In this document: in pieces, positions 25,770-28,672 of the stretch
Layout: each line of letters begins with the position of its first letter
How positions within the stretch are numbered: position 1 is the stretch's first letter
Virus record (IMG/VR): IMGVR_UViG_3300050021_000111
Location: 1 to 28,672 of that record
Direction: 5' to 3' (one strand)
Origin: a virus
Taxonomy: Duplodnaviria > Caudoviricetes
Length of the DNA stretch: 28,672 bases
Program-made: the position numbers and the translations under genes
The notes under the pieces: generated by a model
The model's input: only the letters and a program-made list of their open reading frames with translations
The model's database searches: none
What the model was told of the DNA's origin: nothing

Positions 25770-26203
25770 TGGCAACAGAAGCGATTATTTCAGAACTCCG
25801 AACAATCGCTGCGAAGAATGACGGGCTGCTGAAACCAGAAGACGTGGTGGAATCAGCCCGTCCCATAAATTCTCCGCTGCATACTCGGTTCACATGGGAC
25901 GATACAGAAGCGGCAAATCAGTATCGTCTACAACAAGCGAGACAATTGATTCGCACAACAATTCAGTACATCGAAGTGGATGGGAAAGATCAATCATTTC
26001 GTGTATTTTGTAGCCTTACTCCAGATCGTGAAAATGATGGTGGAGGGTACAGAGAAACCGTTGCAGTTCTTTCCAATCGGCAGTACAAGGCACAACTTTT
26101 ATCAGACGCGCAGGAGGATATGCGTCGTTTTGAGGAAAGATATTCACGGTTGAAAGAGTTGTCGTTGGTAATCAAGGAAATTCGTAAAGCTCTGGCTGAG
26201 TAA
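25769..26203 (+). CDS. Small, mostly helical phage protein coupled to the RAMP-like gene
   Basis: LKPEDVVESAR..SPLH..FTWDD..AA..YRL.QARQLI motif; GAGGAGG RBS; TAATG coupling. Confidence 0.8.
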   Translation: MATEAIISELRTIAAKNDGLLKPEDVVESARPINSPLHTRFTWDDTEAANQYRLQQARQLIRTTIQYIEVDGKDQSFRVFCSLTPDRENDGGGYRETVAVLSNRQYKAQLLSDAQEDMRRFEERYSRLKELSLVIKEIRKALAE

Positions 26204-26211
26204 GCGAGAGA

Positions 26212-26501
26212 GTAGGTTCTGGTGCGGCAGGTATGGTTGGAATGGGCGGTTGTGTTGAGTATGGCTGTGTTTGGAATCGCAGGTACGGTCAGGCTCGCAT
26301 TGGAGTGGCGAGGCGGGGAAACGCAGGTAAGGAGTGACGAGGAACGCAAAGGTTTGTCTAGGACATGAACGGCAGGTCGCGTTAGTTTAGGATGGACAGT
26401 TGTGGAACGATGAGGACGGTAGGTTCGGGCACGGTGTAGTAACGCAGGCGTGGCATGGCGGGGCGTCGAGGGGATAGTTTTGGATGGGTCCGTCAATGAG
26501 T
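26212..26501 (+). ncRNA. Array of 5-nt GGN-NN units punctuated by GCAGG; candidate guide-RNA array
   Basis: G(C/T)AGG at 26212, 26227, 26279, 26323, 26372, 26419 and 26444; e.g. GGT AC GGT CA GGC TC GCA TT GGA GT GGC GA GGC GG GGA AA. Confidence 0.8.
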
Positions 26502-26534
26502 GTAAACGAAAGGTGCTAATGATTTAAGACCAAA

Positions 26535-26568
26535 GGGCGGCGGTCTTCGGATCGCCGTTTATTTTTTT
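26535..26568 (+). terminator. Intrinsic terminator closing the cassette
   Basis: GGGCGGCGGTC-TTCG-GATCGCCGTTT stem with cUUCGg loop, then ATTTTTTT. Confidence 0.85.
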
Positions 26569-26569
26569 C

Positions 26570-26598
26570 TTGACATACGAATGTTTTTCCTTTACGAT
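26570..26598 (+). promoter_or_regulatory. Sigma-70 promoter for the portal/structural genes
   Basis: TTGACA-N17-TACGAT. Confidence 0.7.
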
Positions 26599-26651
26599 TC
26601 GTTTAGCCGTATCTAAGGATGCGACACGTACCGGGAGGAAAGCGATGCGGT

Positions 26652-28672
26652 GTGCCTTCTAAACTTGAAACCGTAAGGTGGCAGGTGCCTAACTGGGAGG
26701 CATCTGCGAGTGAAAAGATCGGCTGGATTGAAGAGTGTATTTCAGAAGGTGAGGGTTATCTATCTGGCTCCTCGGCTTATAGGAATCTCAACAGAAATCT
26801 GCGTGTGTTTGATGGAGTTTTTAACGATAAAACAAAAAGTACGCTAGTCACAAATCAGTTAAAATACAACATTCGGAAATTCTGCGAAACCCTTGCGGAA
26901 GTACGTGAAATTGCGGGGTTTAGCTCAGACGTACCTGCCTATAAAGCAATGGCAGAGATGCTTACAAAGGTAAGCAAATGTGTTTATTTAGAGTCAGATT
27001 TTCCCTACCAAATCCTAAAAGTTTTGCAGTACGCAACAGTTTGCGGCATTGGATATTTATGGCCTAAAGTTCGTCCGACAGAGTACGGATTTGGACCAAG
27101 AGAAATGACATTTGATGCGCTAGGGCTATTAGATGTAGTTCCAGTCCAGATACCTGCTTGGTCAAACGATATTCAAGATTGTTATGCTTGCACGGTTTAT
27201 GATTATATGCCCATTGCAGAGGCGAGTGCGAAATTTCCTCTATTCCAAGGCCAACTTCAAACAGTTGGAAGAAATAATTACAAAACTTTAATTCAGGCAC
27301 AGCGGCAGGATTTTGCTGCTACGTTTCGTTATGGAATGGTTGGGGATGTACAGAGCCGGAGTTTTGGAAACCTGTACACAGAGATAAGATACACATTTAT
27401 TAGAGACATACGGATCAACACTACGGGAAAAGAGATGCAGATGGGTGATCCGGGAACGTCCTGGTTCTATAAAGTCCCGTCTATGGGACAGCCTATTTTT
27501 GGAGGGATGAGGGATGGAAAACCATACAGTCGTCCAGCGATGCCTGAAGATTGTAGAATCTACCCTAACCTACGGCTCATCATTACGTCTTCAGGACTGG
27601 ACAGGCCGATGTATGACGGTACTTCCTTCGATTGGGACTCCAAAATACCAGTCATTCAGTATACAGTGGATGATTGGGCATGGGAACCGCTAGGACGGTC
27701 ATTAGTAGGGGATGTCGCGTCAATTGAGAACACGATTAGGAAGCACGAAAGGCTGATGGATCAGGTTCTTACGGCAGGAATGAATCCTCCAATGGGGTAT
27801 GATTTGGATACCAACGGTGGAGCGAAGATTGAGCATTTTGATATTTTTGAACCTGATGTAAGGCTAGGACTTGCAGGTGGAGAGCCGACAAAGACATTCC
27901 AATCGCTGTTACCTGATTCAGTGAGAGTGACACAAATAAATGAAACGTACCTTAAATACTTGGGTGATAAAGAGTTAGCTCAGCTTGGATTGAATGATGT
28001 TGGGAACCTTTCCAACATGAAAATGAATATCGCCAACGACACAGCAGATAAAATGCTGGAATCTATCGGTCCTATCGCTAAGGGAATTGCGATGAGGATA
28101 GAAAAAGCCAATAAGCGCGTAGGAGAGAGGATGAAAACTCTTATTCCTCAATGGTTTGACGCTGCAAGGCTTATTGAATATGTAGGACCGGACAGCATAG
28201 CGAAGGAAATGTTTGACTACAATCCTGACGATATGGTTCCTAGCCATCTGCCAGATGAATTATTAAGTGGTCAATTCCCTACAACGAAGTCGATGTACGA
28301 CCGTCTGACCAGAGCGAAGTTTTTTGCGAACAAACTTCGTCTTGTCACTGTTCCGAATACGCTACTCAGGATCACGGCTATGCAGCGTCAGATGATGATG
28401 CTGCAATTAAAGCGCAGCGGAGCGCCTTTAAGTTGGTCTACTGTGATGAAAACAATCGACATAGCGAACTGGGGAGATTCACCGGGATCGACTGAAAAGG
28501 AAAAATACTTCAACGAGGAAACAGAATTGCAGGTCATGGCGATTATTGCTAAGGCTAAGGCTTTCATGAAGTTGAAGGAAATGGGGATTGATCCGTCTGT
28601 ATTGGAAGGTGGAGAACAGGGTGGTAAGGGCGGTAAAGGAGGCGGCAAAGGACCAGCAGGACAGCACGCGGG
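26652..28672 (+). CDS. Probable portal protein, 3'-truncated by the window
   Basis: Hand translation from GTG 26652 (MPSKLETVRWQVPNWE...) is open to the window end (>670 codons); VTNQLKYNIRK, YATVCGIGY, PLGRSLVGDV and MNPP segments fit P22-like portals; lies downstream of terL. Confidence 0.75.
   Translation, partial: MPSKLETVRWQVPNWEASASEKIGWIEECISEGEGYLSGSSAYRNLNRNLRVFDGVFNDKTKSTLVTNQLKYNIRKFCETLAEVREIAGFSSDVPAYKAMAEMLTKVSKCVYLESDFPYQILKVLQYATVCGIGYLWPKVRPTEYGFGPREMTFDALGLLDVVPVQIPAWSNDIQDCYACTVYDYMPIAEASAKFPLFQGQLQTVGRNNYKTLIQAQRQDFAATFRYGMVGDVQSRSFGNLYTEIRYTFIRDIRINTTGKEMQMGDPGTSWFYKVPSMGQPIFGGMRDGKPYSRPAMPEDCRIYPNLRLIITSSGLDRPMYDGTSFDWDSKIPVIQYTVDDWAWEPLGRSLVGDVASIENTIRKHERLMDQVLTAGMNPPMGYDLDTNGGAKIEHFDIFEPDVRLGLAGGEPTKTFQSLLPDSVRVTQINETYLKYLGDKELAQLGLNDVGNLSNMKMNIANDTADKMLESIGPIAKGIAMRIEKANKRVGERMKTLIPQWFDAARLIEYVGPDSIAKEMFDYNPDDMVPSHLPDELLSGQFPTTKSMYDRLTRAKFFANKLRLVTVPNTLLRITAMQRQMMMLQLKRSGAPLSWSTVMKTIDIANWGDSPGSTEKEKYFNEETELQVMAIIAKAKAFMKLKEMGIDPSVLEGGEQGGKGGKGGGKGPAGQHA

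Noticed and set aside
25990-26496. 168-aa minus-strand ORF across the array
   Set aside because: Low-complexity P/T/R/H by-product of the G-rich periodic repeat; antisense to a coherent operon and overlaps a real gene
26212-26501. Canonical CRISPR array
   Set aside because: No 23-50 nt invariant repeat; conservation is limited to GCAGG and the 5-nt period
26913-27988. tRNA-like strings GCGGGGTTTAGCTCAG (26913) and TAGCTCAGCTTGG (27976)
   Set aside because: No T-arm or acceptor stem; both lie inside the open portal frame
28275-28298. Gapped antisense match of unit 26282 to portal FPTTK
   Set aside because: 9 of the first 10 bases match, then the match collapses; not distinguishable from chance
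27064-28667. Minus-strand track ORFs at the right end
   Set aside because: Shadows of the long plus-strand portal frame, which the track omitted because it has no stop in the window

Overview
The window is a fragment of a tailed dsDNA phage (or prophage) genome. A minus-strand operon on the left (MoxR-type AAA+ ATPase, DUF3150-like protein, HNH endonuclease, DUF2201-type metallopeptidase/VWA protein) sits behind a consensus sigma-54 promoter. A ~1.6 kb repeat-rich non-coding region follows. The long plus-strand arm carries many small hypothetical genes, an SF2 helicase plus DNA methyltransferase, XRE and RHH regulators, a RyR-domain protein, the terminase large subunit, and a portal-like gene that runs off the right end (absent from the ORF track). 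The standout is a self-contained cassette at 24909-26568 between terminase and portal: promoter, Zn-ribbon gene, Cas7/RAMP-like gene, small helical partner gene, a non-coding array of 5-nt GGN-NN units punctuated by GCAGG, and a terminator. Reading only the NN dinucleotides of the last unit, and skipping every third target base, gives a 19/22 match to the adjacent portal gene (27039-27070), with the skipped bases on codon wobble positions. This suggests a gapped, RNA-guided targeting system aimed at related phages. All family assignments are from motifs recognised by eye; no database searches were run.
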